Shown in pieces: positions 42,895-52,699 of a stretch of DNA of 64,000 nt; position 1 is the stretch's first letter; every line of letters starts with the position of its first letter. A program made the translations under genes and the position numbers. The stretch covers positions 2,074 through 66,073 of the forward strand of contig CAZWTW010000006.1 of assembly GCA_964637095.1 (NCBI GenBank), read 5' to 3'. The notes under the pieces were generated by a model. It saw only the letters and a program-made list of their open reading frames with translations, was not told the DNA's origin and ran no database searches. This DNA is from an uncultured Gulosibacter sp. (lineage in GTDB: Bacteria > Actinomycetota > Actinomycetes > Actinomycetales > Microbacteriaceae).

Positions 42895-44409
42895 ATGTCC
42901 CCCTTTGTCCGTAAATCGCTGGCTGCGCTCACCGTAGCCACCGTGGTCGCAGCGCCAGCTGCCGCCTTCGCATCTCACTACCGTTCGGTGTACTCGACGA
43001 CCTCGCAGTCGGCCGGAACCATCACGTGGAACCTTATCAACGCAACCGAGTCCGGTAACTCTGACTACTTTGACTCGACAGTCGATGTGAAATTGCTGTC
43101 TTCATCAGCTGACGCAGTAAATTCGGGAACCGACACGGGTTCTGACTTCAGCGAGCAGTCCCTCACCGAGGACCTGTCGTACAGCCTTTATGCGAGCACC
43201 GAACAGGTGTACACGTTTAACGCGTCAGCTTTGGCCGACGGAATCTACGAGGCGTACACCGAGAACAGTGCTCGTCTAGACGGCGTTCAGAACACGGGTG
43301 CCGAGGACTCTGTGAGCGCGTGGATTCGATTCACGGTGGCAAGCGGCGTTGTCAATCTGCCGCCTGTCTTCAACGCACCGAGCCTCTACGAGTTGATTGC
43401 TCCGAACAGCACCGTCACCGCTGATTTCCGTGCGACCGACCCCGAGGGTGGCGCGGTTACCTACACGCTTCTGACCGACACTGCGTCTCCGACCTACGCG
43501 AGTACGGCGATCCCGTGTTCTGACTTCACCGGTGGCGTCATCACGATTGGTCCCGCGGAGTGCACCGGAGGAGACGTCTTCGCCGACATCTTCGACGCCG
43601 ACAACGCCGCCTATAACGGTGTCATCCCGTCTTGGACGGCCAAGGTTGAGGCGAAAGACGCTGCGGGAAACGTCGCAACGTCTGACGTTCTGTTCCGTCT
43701 GCTTAGTGTCCCGGACCCCTACATTGACACTGACCGTTGGGTTGGCGCTAACGATTACGAACTCGACATCTACGCGGCTGACACCGTTAGTGACTTCATT
43801 AGCGTTGAATGTGTCAACGACAACGATCCGACCGATGTCGTCACCGCCGAAGGCGAGACATCACCGTTGACGGTTCGCAACCTGCGCGTGGGCGACTATT
43901 ACACCTGCACCCCCTACGCGGAAAACGCAGCGGGTGGGGCCGACGGTAGCACCTACGGGATCGGACCCGTCGAAGGAATTATGCTCGAACTCGATCTCGA
44001 GGTTGGAGTGCAGTTCAGCGGAGCGAGCTCGAACATTGTCGGTGGCGGCTTGAAGGCAAACAGCGACTACACGCTCACCATGTACTCGGACCCGATCGAA
44101 ATCTACGCGGGAGTTTCGGACGAAAACGGTAACTTCGACGAACTGGTCACGATTCCGGCGGAAGCGTGCATTCCTGGAATTCACCACCTGATTCTTTCCG
44201 GTGTCGATCCGAGCGACAATCCCGTTCAGGACGAGCAGTGGATCGAAATCGGAAACGACTGCGAGGTCCTTCAGTTCTCGAACGACGAAATCACCGAGTC
44301 GCTTGCGGCCACCGGTTTCGACGTGACCACGGGACTCCTTGTCGCTACCGTTCTTGGTGCGTCGGGAATCGCGATTGTTGCATCGCGTCGTCGTGAACGT
44401 CGCAACTAA
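42895..44409 (+). CDS. Secreted acidic multi-beta-sandwich surface protein with sortase-type LAATG anchor
   Basis: Signal peptide ending AFA; cadherin-like N.PPVF...ATDPEG..VTY; FN3-like LTVRNL..GDYYT...AEN; LAATG + TM + RRRERRN. Confidence 0.8.
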   Translation: MSPFVRKSLAALTVATVVAAPAAAFASHYRSVYSTTSQSAGTITWNLINATESGNSDYFDSTVDVKLLSSSADAVNSGTDTGSDFSEQSLTEDLSYSLYASTEQVYTFNASALADGIYEAYTENSARLDGVQNTGAEDSVSAWIRFTVASGVVNLPPVFNAPSLYELIAPNSTVTADFRATDPEGGAVTYTLLTDTASPTYASTAIPCSDFTGGVITIGPAECTGGDVFADIFDADNAAYNGVIPSWTAKVEAKDAAGNVATSDVLFRLLSVPDPYIDTDRWVGANDYELDIYAADTVSDFISVECVNDNDPTDVVTAEGETSPLTVRNLRVGDYYTCTPYAENAAGGADGSTYGIGPVEGIMLELDLEVGVQFSGASSNIVGGGLKANSDYTLTMYSDPIEIYAGVSDENGNFDELVTIPAEACIPGIHHLILSGVDPSDNPVQDEQWIEIGNDCEVLQFSNDEITESLAATGFDVTTGLLVATVLGASGIAIVASRRRERRN

Positions 44410-44423
44410 CACAGCACGGTAAC

Positions 44424-44457
44424 CGTCGGGCCGGATGCGGAAGCATCCGGCCCGACG
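44424..44457 (+). terminator. Perfect 15-bp hairpin after the surface-protein gene
   Basis: CGTCGGGCCGGATGC-GGAA-GCATCCGGCCCGACG; no U-tract. Confidence 0.7.
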
Positions 44458-44549
44458 TCGTTGATGAACCGAACATGTTCGCGCGGTAGGCTGGAAGACG
44501 GTCGCGAGGCAATCGGCCCCGACCAACTCTGACTCTCATCGATTGGATT

Positions 44550-45716
44550 GTGGTGGATCTTTACGAGTACCAAGCCCGTGACATGTTCGAGAAGCACGGC
44601 GTTCCCGTGCTCCAAGGAATCGTCGCCGACACCCCCGAAGAGGCGCGTGCCGCCGCCGAAAAGATTGGTGGCGTCACCGTCATCAAGGCCCAGGTCAAGA
44701 CCGGAGGCCGCGGTAAGGCCGGCGGCGTCAAGGTAGCGAAGACCGCCGACGACGCCTTCGAGGCAGCGCAGGCGATTCTCGGACTCGACATCAAGGGCCA
44801 CGTCGTCAAGCGACTCATGGTTGCCCAGGGTGCGCGCATCGCCGAGGAGTACTACTTCTCGGTCCTGCTCGACCGCGCCAACCGCTCGTACCTCTCGCTC
44901 TGCTCGTACGAGGGCGGCATGGAGATCGAACAGCTCGCCGTCGAACGCCCCGAGGCGCTCGCCCGTGTCGAGGTCGACCCGATCGAGGGAATCACGCTGG
45001 CCAAAGCGAAGGAAATCGCCGTCGCCGCGAAGTTCCCCGCTGAGCTCGTCGACAAGGTCGCGCCTGTGTTCGTAAAGCTCTACGGCGTCTACACCGCGGA
45101 AGACGCGACTCTCGTCGAGGTCAACCCGCTCGTTCTGACCGAAGAGGGCGACATCATCGCTCTCGACGGCAAGGTCTCGCTCGATGCGAACGCCGAGTTC
45201 CGTCAGCCCGGCCACGCGGCTTTGGAAGACAAGGACGCCGCCGACCCGCTCGAGGCAAAGGCCAAGGAGCACGACCTCAACTACGTCAAGCTCGACGGTG
45301 AAGTCGGAATCATCGGAAACGGCGCCGGCCTTGTGATGTCGACTCTTGACGTCGTTGCCTACGCGGGCGAGAAGCACGGTGGCGTCAAGCCCGCCAACTT
45401 CCTCGACATCGGTGGTGGAGCTTCGGCTGAGGTCATGGCCGCCGGTCTCTCGATCATCCTCGGTGACCCTCAGGTCAAGAGCGTCTTCGTCAACGTCTTC
45501 GGTGGAATCACCGCGTGTGACGCTGTCGCCAACGGAATCGTTGCCGCCCTCGAGATCCTGGGCGACGCCGCGACCAAGCCTCTCGTCGTTCGACTCGACG
45601 GCAACTCGGTTGAGAAGGGACGCGAAATCCTCGCAGCCCGCAACCACCCGCTCGTCTCACTGGCCACCACGATGGACGACGGCGCCGACCGCGCCGCCGA
45701 ACTCGCCGCGAAGTAA
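44550..45716 (+). CDS. sucC: Succinyl-CoA synthetase beta subunit
   Basis: [50 protein letters not shown]. Confidence 0.98.
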   Translation: MVDLYEYQARDMFEKHGVPVLQGIVADTPEEARAAAEKIGGVTVIKAQVKTGGRGKAGGVKVAKTADDAFEAAQAILGLDIKGHVVKRLMVAQGARIAEEYYFSVLLDRANRSYLSLCSYEGGMEIEQLAVERPEALARVEVDPIEGITLAKAKEIAVAAKFPAELVDKVAPVFVKLYGVYTAEDATLVEVNPLVLTEEGDIIALDGKVSLDANAEFRQPGHAALEDKDAADPLEAKAKEHDLNYVKLDGEVGIIGNGAGLVMSTLDVVAYAGEKHGGVKPANFLDIGGGASAEVMAAGLSIILGDPQVKSVFVNVFGGITACDAVANGIVAALEILGDAATKPLVVRLDGNSVEKGREILAARNHPLVSLATTMDDGADRAAELAAK

Positions 45717-45729
45717 AGGAACCGGAAAC

Positions 45730-46614
45730 ATGTCGATCTTCCTCAACAAGGATTCGCGCGTCATCGTCCAGGGCATCACCGGCGGTGAGGGCTCGAAGCA
45801 CACCGCACTCATGCTCAAGTCGGGTACCACCGTCGTCGGAGGTGTCAACGCTCGCAAGGCTGGCACGACCGTCGAACACGGTGACGTGACCCTTCCCGTC
45901 TTCGGAACCGTCGCGGAGGCGATGGCCGAAAAGGGCGCCAACGTCTCGGTCGTCTTCGTGCCGCCGGCATTCGCTAAGGACGCGGTCATCGAGGCGATTG
46001 ACGCTGAGATGCCCCTCATCGTTGTTATCACCGAAGGCATCCCCGTTCTGGACTCGGCCGAGTTCTGGGCGTACGCGAAGAAGAAGGGGACGAGCCGAAT
46101 CATCGGACCGAACTGCCCCGGAATCATCACCCCGGGCGAAGCACTTGCGGGAATCACCCCGGCAACCATTACGGGATCCGGTCCGATTGGCCTCGTTTCG
46201 AAGTCGGGTACCTTGACCTACCAAATGATGTTCGAACTTCGCGACATCGGATTCTCGACTGCTATCGGCATCGGCGGAGACCCGATCGTCGGCACCACGC
46301 ACATCGATGCGCTTGCCGCGTTTGAGGCTGACCCCGAGACCAAGGCGATCGTCATGATCGGTGAAATCGGTGGTGACGCAGAAGAGCGTGCTGCTGACTT
46401 CATCAAGGCGAACGTCACCAAGCCGGTCGTCGGATACGTCGCAGGCTTCACCGCTCCCGAGGGCAAGACCATGGGCCACGCGGGCGCAATCGTTTCCGGT
46501 TCGTCGGGCACCGCTCAGGCGAAGAAGGAAGCGCTCGAAGCAGCCGGCGTTCGCGTTGGGAAGACCCCGAGCGAAACCGCGCGTCTCATGCGCGAGGTCA
46601 TCGCGGCGCTGTAA
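45730..46614 (+). CDS. sucD: Succinyl-CoA synthetase alpha subunit
   Basis: [41 protein letters not shown]; start reset to ATG 45730. Confidence 0.98.
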   Translation: MSIFLNKDSRVIVQGITGGEGSKHTALMLKSGTTVVGGVNARKAGTTVEHGDVTLPVFGTVAEAMAEKGANVSVVFVPPAFAKDAVIEAIDAEMPLIVVITEGIPVLDSAEFWAYAKKKGTSRIIGPNCPGIITPGEALAGITPATITGSGPIGLVSKSGTLTYQMMFELRDIGFSTAIGIGGDPIVGTTHIDALAAFEADPETKAIVMIGEIGGDAEERAADFIKANVTKPVVGYVAGFTAPEGKTMGHAGAIVSGSSGTAQAKKEALEAAGVRVGKTPSETARLMREVIAAL

Positions 46615-46616
46615 TC

Positions 46617-47852
46617 GTGCCTCGCGGGCTCGTCACACTCTTCGTCGCCCTGGAGGCGTTGTTTGTGGTGGGCATCGGTGTCGGAATCACGCTCGTCCCG
46701 CTTCTCGTTGGCTGGGCTTCCGTCAACCAATTTCAAGCGACGCCTCTGGATGTCTGGCAATTGGCCGTTCAAGCGTGGGCGCTTGGTCACGGTGTGCCCC
46801 TGCACGTCGACCTGACGGGTGTTGACACGATTGTTCCCGCGGGCATGGGCGAGTTCGACATTTCGCTCGCGCTGTTGGGCTGCGCCTTGGTCACGCTGTT
46901 TCTTGCTGTTCGCGCTGGTCGACGCATTGCCGAGACGGAGGACTCACCGATTGTCGGTGCGATGCTCATCGCCTTCGTTGCGACTCTCGTCGGCGCCGTC
47001 TTGTGGTCAGGCCAATCGGCCGTCGTCAACGTCGAGGTGACGGTCGGAACCATCAAGATCCTCATCCCCTTCCTTATCGGACTTGTCTACGGGTGGAAGC
47101 CGTGGCGATTGCTTGGCGATCGAAATCCGCTGCGCGACGTCATCCCCGCCGATTGGCGAGACGTCATCGCGACGGCAGCTCGCATCACGGCCGCGTCGTT
47201 CCTCGCACTGGTCGTCGTCGCCTCGCTCGTACTCGCGTTCTGCATCGTCACCGGTTTCGCAACCGAAATCGCTCTCTACGAGGCGATTCACGGTGAAGTG
47301 CTGGGCGGGCTGGTTGTCACCGTGGCGCAACTGATCGCCCTGCCGACCGTGCTGATCTGGACGATGGCGTGGCTCATCGGACCCGGCTTCTCGCTCGGGT
47401 TAGGAACAATCGTCACGCCATTCTCGGCAACGATCGGGGCGTTCCCCGCAATCCCGCTGCTGGGTGCCATCCCCGCTGACTCGGTTGTCGTCGGTTGGCC
47501 CATCCTCATCGTCCCCACCCTGGTCGTCGCCCTTGTCGCCGGCCGACTGTCGTGGGGGATCGTCGAGAAGGCTGGCTATTTCGACACGACGGGCGGAACT
47601 GACTACGCCCGCGCGGGCGTGCTCGGTGTCGTCACCGCTTTCTTCTCCGGAATCCTGTTCTTTGTTGTCGGCGCTTTTGCGTCGGGTTCAGCCGGGCCAG
47701 GCCGATTCGTTTTCGTCGGGGTGGACCCCGCCGACGTTGCCCTCGCCTGGGGCGGGATAGTTCTCGTCGGGACTCTCGCCGGGTCTGCAGCGCGTCTGAT
47801 TCGCCCATTGCCGACCGAGGTCGCCCGCTCGGTCGACATGCGCACTCGGTAA
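46617..47852 (+). CDS. Multi-pass membrane protein (PerM/DUF6350-like)
   Basis: W.LGHGVP, GPGF.LG.G, P.IPLLGA.P, ASGSAGPGR...VG; sucD-X-purN position. Confidence 0.78.
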   Translation: MPRGLVTLFVALEALFVVGIGVGITLVPLLVGWASVNQFQATPLDVWQLAVQAWALGHGVPLHVDLTGVDTIVPAGMGEFDISLALLGCALVTLFLAVRAGRRIAETEDSPIVGAMLIAFVATLVGAVLWSGQSAVVNVEVTVGTIKILIPFLIGLVYGWKPWRLLGDRNPLRDVIPADWRDVIATAARITAASFLALVVVASLVLAFCIVTGFATEIALYEAIHGEVLGGLVVTVAQLIALPTVLIWTMAWLIGPGFSLGLGTIVTPFSATIGAFPAIPLLGAIPADSVVVGWPILIVPTLVVALVAGRLSWGIVEKAGYFDTTGGTDYARAGVLGVVTAFFSGILFFVVGAFASGSAGPGRFVFVGVDPADVALAWGGIVLVGTLAGSAARLIRPLPTEVARSVDMRTR

Positions 47853-47862
47853 ACTCAGGCTT

Positions 47863-48447
47863 ATGGTTCGTGTCGTAGTCCTCATTTCGGGTAGTGGCTC
47901 GAACCTTCGCGCGTTTCTCGACGGGTGTGCAGCTGGGCTCATCCCGGCCGACGTCGTCGCTGTCGGTTCCGACGTCGACGCACCGGGGCTCGACCACGCG
48001 CGACACTTCGGAATTCCTACCTTCATCGAACGCCTTGAGGCAGGCGAAGACCGTGAGACATGGGGCACGCAACTGGCCGATGCCGTCGAATCCCACACCC
48101 CCGACCTCGTGATTCTCTCGGGCTTCATGCGACTTCTTCCGACCGGTTTCGTTCACCGCTTCGCGCCGATGCTCCTCAACACGCATCCCGCGTATTTGCC
48201 CGAATTCCCCGGCGCCCACGCCGTTCGCGATGCGTTCGAAGCGGGAGTGCCAACGACGGGGGCCAGTGTCATCGTCGTCGACGACGGTGTTGACACCGGA
48301 CCGATTCTTGCCCAACAGCGTGTTCCTGTGCTCGCCGGCGACACCGAAGAAACTCTGCACGACCGAATCAAAGTTGTTGAACGAGAACTGCTCGCCGATG
48401 TCGTTCGTGACATCGCGGGACGAGAATCCGCAATCGAGGAGAACTAG
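47863..48447 (+). CDS. purN: Phosphoribosylglycinamide formyltransferase
   Basis: ISGSGSNL, GFMRLL, NTHPAYLP.FPG, DDGVDTGPI. Confidence 0.97.
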   Translation: MVRVVVLISGSGSNLRAFLDGCAAGLIPADVVAVGSDVDAPGLDHARHFGIPTFIERLEAGEDRETWGTQLADAVESHTPDLVILSGFMRLLPTGFVHRFAPMLLNTHPAYLPEFPGAHAVRDAFEAGVPTTGASVIVVDDGVDTGPILAQQRVPVLAGDTEETLHDRIKVVERELLADVVRDIAGRESAIEEN

Positions 48448-50022
48448 ATGGTTTCCGCACTTCCCGCACCCGACCGCGAGCGTGACCGCATTCAGATTCG
48501 TCGCGCGCTGATCTCGGTCAGTGACAAGTCGGGGCTCATCGAACTCGCCTCCGCGTTGTCGGCGTCAGGAGTCGCACTCGTCTCAACCGGCTCGACGTGC
48601 CAGACCATTCGCGATGCGGGTTTCGCGGTTCAGGAGGTGTCAGAGGTCACCGGTTTTCCGGAATCCTTGGACGGCCGGGTCAAGACGTTGCACCCCGCAA
48701 TCCACGGCGGGATTCTTGCCGACCTGCGATACGACTCGCACGTCAGCCAATTGTCGGAACTGGGAATCGAACCGTTCGATCTCATTGTCGTGAACTTGTA
48801 TCCCTTCGCCGCGACGGTCGCCTCGGGCGCGCCGGCTGAGACGGTCATCGAGAACGTCGACATCGGTGGTCCCGCGATGGTTCGAGCGTCGGCAAAGAAC
48901 CACAACAACGTAGCGATTGTTGTTGATCCCGCTGATTACGGTCAGATCGTGGAGTCGATTGCGGTGGGCGGAACAACTCTCGAGCAGCGACGCGTCCTCG
49001 CGGGCAAGGCGTTTGCACACACCGCGGGATATGACTCGGCAGTTGCGACGTGGATGCAGAACGAATTCCCACATGACGAGTCGGGATTCGCGCCCGCTCT
49101 CCGCATTGCAGCAGACAAGCTCGACACTCTGCGCTACGGCGAGAACTCGCACCAGGCCGCGGCCCTGTACGGAACAGTCGGGGCTCACGGAATTGCGCAG
49201 GCTGTCCAGCTGCACGGCAAAGAGATGTCGTACAACAACTTTGTCGATGCGGACGCCGCCTTGCGTGCCGCGTTCGACCACGACCGCCCGGCCGTCGCCA
49301 TCATCAAGCACGCAAACCCGTGCGGAATCGCCGTGGCCGAGGACATCGCTACTGCGCACGCTCGCGCGCACGCGTGTGACCCCGTGTCAGCGTTCGGCGG
49401 AGTCATCGCGGCGAATCGCGTCATCACGAAGGCCGCCGCCGAGTCGATCGTCGAGATTTTCACCGAGGTCATAGTTGCTCCCGGATTCGAGCCCGCCGCC
49501 CTTGAGATTCTGACCGCGAAGAAGAACCTCCGGTTGTTGCAGTTGCCCGAAGGCTACGAACCGGAAGGCCGCGACGTGCGTCAGATTTCCGGTGGTTTCC
49601 TCGTCCAGCACGCTGACCGACACTTTGCCCCGTCACTCGAGTGGGCACTCGTCACGGGTGAGCCTGCTGACGCGAAGACAATCGCCGACCTTGAATTCGC
49701 GTGGCGCGCCTGCCGCGCGGTGAAGTCGAACGCGATTCTGTTGGCCAAGGACGGCGCCTCGGTCGGTGTCGGAATGGGCCAGGTCAATCGCATCGATTCG
49801 TGCCACCTCGCCGTCTCGCGTGCGGGCGATCGAGCGCCTGGTTCCGTTGCCGCGAGCGACGCGTTCTTCCCCTTCGCCGACGGACTTCAGGTCTTGCTCG
49901 ACGCGGGGGTCACCGCAATCGTTCAGCCCGGCGGTTCCGTCCGTGACGAAGAAGTCATCGCTGCTGCAGAGGCCGACGGCGTCACCATGTACTTCACGGG
50001 TGAGCGCCACTTCTTCCACTAA
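48448..50022 (+). CDS. purH: Bifunctional AICAR transformylase/IMP cyclohydrolase
   Basis: [55 protein letters not shown]. Confidence 0.98.
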   Translation: MVSALPAPDRERDRIQIRRALISVSDKSGLIELASALSASGVALVSTGSTCQTIRDAGFAVQEVSEVTGFPESLDGRVKTLHPAIHGGILADLRYDSHVSQLSELGIEPFDLIVVNLYPFAATVASGAPAETVIENVDIGGPAMVRASAKNHNNVAIVVDPADYGQIVESIAVGGTTLEQRRVLAGKAFAHTAGYDSAVATWMQNEFPHDESGFAPALRIAADKLDTLRYGENSHQAAALYGTVGAHGIAQAVQLHGKEMSYNNFVDADAALRAAFDHDRPAVAIIKHANPCGIAVAEDIATAHARAHACDPVSAFGGVIAANRVITKAAAESIVEIFTEVIVAPGFEPAALEILTAKKNLRLLQLPEGYEPEGRDVRQISGGFLVQHADRHFAPSLEWALVTGEPADAKTIADLEFAWRACRAVKSNAILLAKDGASVGVGMGQVNRIDSCHLAVSRAGDRAPGSVAASDAFFPFADGLQVLLDAGVTAIVQPGGSVRDEEVIAAAEADGVTMYFTGERHFFH

Positions 50023-50028
50023 AGCTGG

Positions 50029-50304
50029 CTAACCCCACGTGAATTCGGTGGTTGTCAGATCAGTGTGAATTAGGCGATGGACCTTTTTGACGTTCGAACG
50101 CAGTGATAGCGTGATTGACGCGAAGACGTCCTCGGCGAGGGGCTTGCCCAGTGCCTCAAAGAATCGCTCGTAGCCTTCCGCGCCCAATCGGTGAACGCAT
50201 TCCGAAATGCCGGTTTCGCAGTGAAAAATGATCGCACCGTATTCGTCATTCAGATCGACGTACGTTCGAGTCCCGTTGGGATTCTTGAAGCTCGCACTAA
50301 CCAT
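50029..50304 (-). CDS. Orphan hypothetical protein (91 aa)
   Basis: ATG preceded by GAGGGGAGA; fills the gap between doc and purH; no recognisable motif. Confidence 0.6.
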   Translation of the reverse strand: MVSASFKNPNGTRTYVDLNDEYGAIIFHCETGISECVHRLGAEGYERFFEALGKPLAEDVFASITLSLRSNVKKVHRLIHTDLTTTEFTWG

Positions 50305-50356
50305 GTTTCTCCCCTCATTCGCCTTAAGGTTAAGCGGAGGCTACGACGGGAAATGC

Positions 50357-50725
50357 CTAGATTTCCCGTCGGTGAGCGGCGATCCACGCCGCGGACTCGT
50401 CCAACGTCAATCGACCCGTTGCGACACCTTGGATGTAGCCGAACGCTTCGTCCTTGGTGGCGAAGAGAAAGAATCCGTTGATGCGAAGCAGGTGGTTCAG
50501 CGCGATCCAGGACGACCTCTTGTTGTCGTCCATGAACGGGTGGTTTCGCGCGAGTGATTCGGTTTGTGCCGCACACTTCAATTCGAGCGTGGGGTAGGCG
50601 TCTTGGCCCCTGAGCGTCGTCGCTGGTCGTTCAATCGCCGAGTGCACAAGGCCAAGATCGCGAACATGAAACCCAATGGCCTCAAGCTCGACGACAAAGC
50701 CTTCGAGGCTCAGGTATCGGGTCAC
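50357..50725 (-). CDS. Doc/Fic-family type II toxin with variant catalytic motif
   Basis: VRDLGL..SA..RP, G.DAYPTL..K.AA, LARNHPFMDDNKR; GTG start overlaps antitoxin stop. Confidence 0.9.
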   Translation of the reverse strand: MTRYLSLEGFVVELEAIGFHVRDLGLVHSAIERPATTLRGQDAYPTLELKCAAQTESLARNHPFMDDNKRSSWIALNHLLRINGFFLFATKDEAFGYIQGVATGRLTLDESAAWIAAHRREI

Positions 50726-50928
50726 GAGTCTTCCAGTCGCTTCATCAATTCGGCATCACGTTCGAGAATCATCTCGACGGTGCGACGCATTTCAAGACGA
50801 CTCTTTTGTGCCTCGACGAATATCTCGAGCGCTTGCGTCACGACTTGCTGTTTGGAAATTCCCAGGAGGTCGGCGACATCGGAAAGGTCGTTGTCGAGGA
50901 CGTCAGGGAGTCGAAGTGTCATTGCCAT
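50722..50928 (-). CDS. Ribbon-helix-helix (CopG-like) antitoxin
   Basis: 68 aa, MAMTLRL...L...A...GISKQQVV..A RHH pattern, C-terminal DAELMKRL; 4-nt overlap with toxin. Confidence 0.85.
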   Translation of the reverse strand: MAMTLRLPDVLDNDLSDVADLLGISKQQVVTQALEIFVEAQKSRLEMRRTVEMILERDAELMKRLEDS

Positions 50929-50935
50929 AACACCA

Positions 50936-50954
50936 TGGTATCAAATTGATACCA
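50936..50954. promoter_or_regulatory. Toxin-antitoxin operator palindrome
   Basis: TGGTATCAA-A-TTGATACCA perfect 9-bp inverted repeat overlapping the minus-strand -10 TACCAT (50940-50935). Confidence 0.78.
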
Positions 50955-50960
50955 CCGTGT

Positions 50961-51413
50961 CTAGACTTGGATTTCCCCGATGATCTCGCCGTATTCGGTC
51001 TCGCCAACGGGCGTGAAGCCGATTCGCGTGAAGAAGTCTCCGGGTCCCATGTCGCCGGCTTCCCAGATGACCGTGATGCGCTGGAATCCGCGAGCACGTG
51101 CCTCGTCGAGAAGCGCCTGAACTGCGAAACGGCCGACGCCCTTGCCCTGCCATTCGGCGGCCACGTTGATACGCCACAGGCACGCGCGGAACTCCTCGCG
51201 GGGGTGGCCCGAATCGAAGTTTCCGCGGATGAATCCGACTACGTCATTACCCGCGAGGACGACACGCGCCCAGGTTGTGCTGGGGTTGGTGAACGCGTCC
51301 GCCATCGAATACGAGACGGGCGCGATGAAGTTCTGCTGACCGGGGCGAAGGGTCAGATTGTTGGCCGCGACAATCGTCGAGGCGCTGAGTTCTGCGAGGC
51401 GGAAATCGGTCAT
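50961..51413 (-). CDS. GNAT-family N-acetyltransferase
   Basis: VVGF, LWRINV...QGKGVGRF (acetyl-CoA motif A), FF.RIGF. Confidence 0.9.
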   Translation of the reverse strand: MTDFRLAELSASTIVAANNLTLRPGQQNFIAPVSYSMADAFTNPSTTWARVVLAGNDVVGFIRGNFDSGHPREEFRACLWRINVAAEWQGKGVGRFAVQALLDEARARGFQRITVIWEAGDMGPGDFFTRIGFTPVGETEYGEIIGEIQV

Positions 51414-51469
51414 GACTCAAGCCTACGTCGGAAGTAGAATAGAAGAACGCGTGTAACGAAAGGCTCAAC

Positions 51470-52687
51470 GTGGAGAAAATCAAGGTAGACGGTGTTGTTG
51501 TCGAGCTCGATGGCGACGAAATGACCCGCATTATTTGGCAGTTCATCAAGGACCGCCTCATCCACCCGTACCTCGACCTCACGCTCGAGTACTACGACCT
51601 CTCGATTCAGAAGCGCGACGAGACGGACGACCAGATCACGATCGACGCGGCCAAGGCAATCCAGAAGCACGGTGTCGGCGTCAAGTGCGCGACCATCACG
51701 CCGGACGAAGCCCGCGTGACCGAATTCAGCCTCAAGAAGATGTGGAAGAGCCCCAACGGCACGATCCGCAACATCCTCGGCGGCGTGATCTTCCGCGAGC
51801 CGATCATCATCTCGAACATCCCCCGCCTGGTTCCCGGCTGGAACAAGCCGATCATTGTCGGTCGTCACGCGTTCGGTGACCAGTACCGCGCGACGGACTT
51901 CACGTTCGACCGCCCAGGAACTCTCACGATCTCTTTCCAGCCCGAAGACGGCACCGAGGCGCAGTCGTTCGAGGTGTTCCAGGCTCCCGGAGCCGGCGTC
52001 GCGATGGCGATGTACAACCTCGACGATTCGATCCGCGATTTCGCTCGCGCGTCGCTCAACTACGGTCTCGCTCGCAACTACCCCGTCTACCTGTCGACCA
52101 AGAACACGATTCTCAAGGCGTACGACGGACGATTCAAGGACATCTTCCAGGAGATCTTTGACGCCGAGTTCGCCGACAAGTTCGCGGCAGCCGGCATCAC
52201 CTACGAACACCGCCTCATCGACGACATGGTCGCGAGCGCGATGAAGTGGGAGGGCGGTTACGTCTGGGCCACCAAGAACTACGACGGTGACGTCCAGTCG
52301 GACACTGTTGCACAGGGTTTCGGTTCGCTCGGTCTCATGACCTCGGTTCTGACGACTCCCGACGGCAAGATCGTCGAAGCGGAAGCCGCACACGGAACGG
52401 TCACGCGCCACTACCGCGACCACCAGGCTGGCAAGCCCACCTCGACGAACCCGATCGCGTCGATCTACGCGTGGACGCGTGGACTGCAGCACCGCGGAAA
52501 GTTGGACGGCAACCAGAAGCTCATCGACTTCGCGACGACCCTCGAAGAGGTCGTTGTCGCGTCGGTCGAGGCCGGTCACATGACGAAGGACCTCGCCGTT
52601 CTCGTTGGACCGGACCAGAAGTGGGAAACCACCGAAGAGTTCCTTGCCACTCTCGACGCCAACCTGCAGAAGCGACTCGCCTCCTAG
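51470..52687 (+). CDS. icd: NADP-dependent isocitrate dehydrogenase (homodimeric, eukaryote-like type)
   Basis: [53 protein letters not shown]. Confidence 0.98.
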   Translation: MEKIKVDGVVVELDGDEMTRIIWQFIKDRLIHPYLDLTLEYYDLSIQKRDETDDQITIDAAKAIQKHGVGVKCATITPDEARVTEFSLKKMWKSPNGTIRNILGGVIFREPIIISNIPRLVPGWNKPIIVGRHAFGDQYRATDFTFDRPGTLTISFQPEDGTEAQSFEVFQAPGAGVAMAMYNLDDSIRDFARASLNYGLARNYPVYLSTKNTILKAYDGRFKDIFQEIFDAEFADKFAAAGITYEHRLIDDMVASAMKWEGGYVWATKNYDGDVQSDTVAQGFGSLGLMTSVLTTPDGKIVEAEAAHGTVTRHYRDHQAGKPTSTNPIASIYAWTRGLQHRGKLDGNQKLIDFATTLEEVVVASVEAGHMTKDLAVLVGPDQKWETTEEFLATLDANLQKRLAS

Positions 52688-52699
52688 CGAGTTACTGAC

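Noticed and set aside
50023-50960. TA islet as a mobile element
   Set aside because: No integrase or transposase, terminal repeats, target duplication or adjacent tRNA seen.
50961-51413. GNAT as a TacT/AtaT-like toxin paired with the RHH gene
   Set aside because: The GNAT is upstream and separated by the operator and promoter; the RHH gene overlaps doc, which is the better partner.
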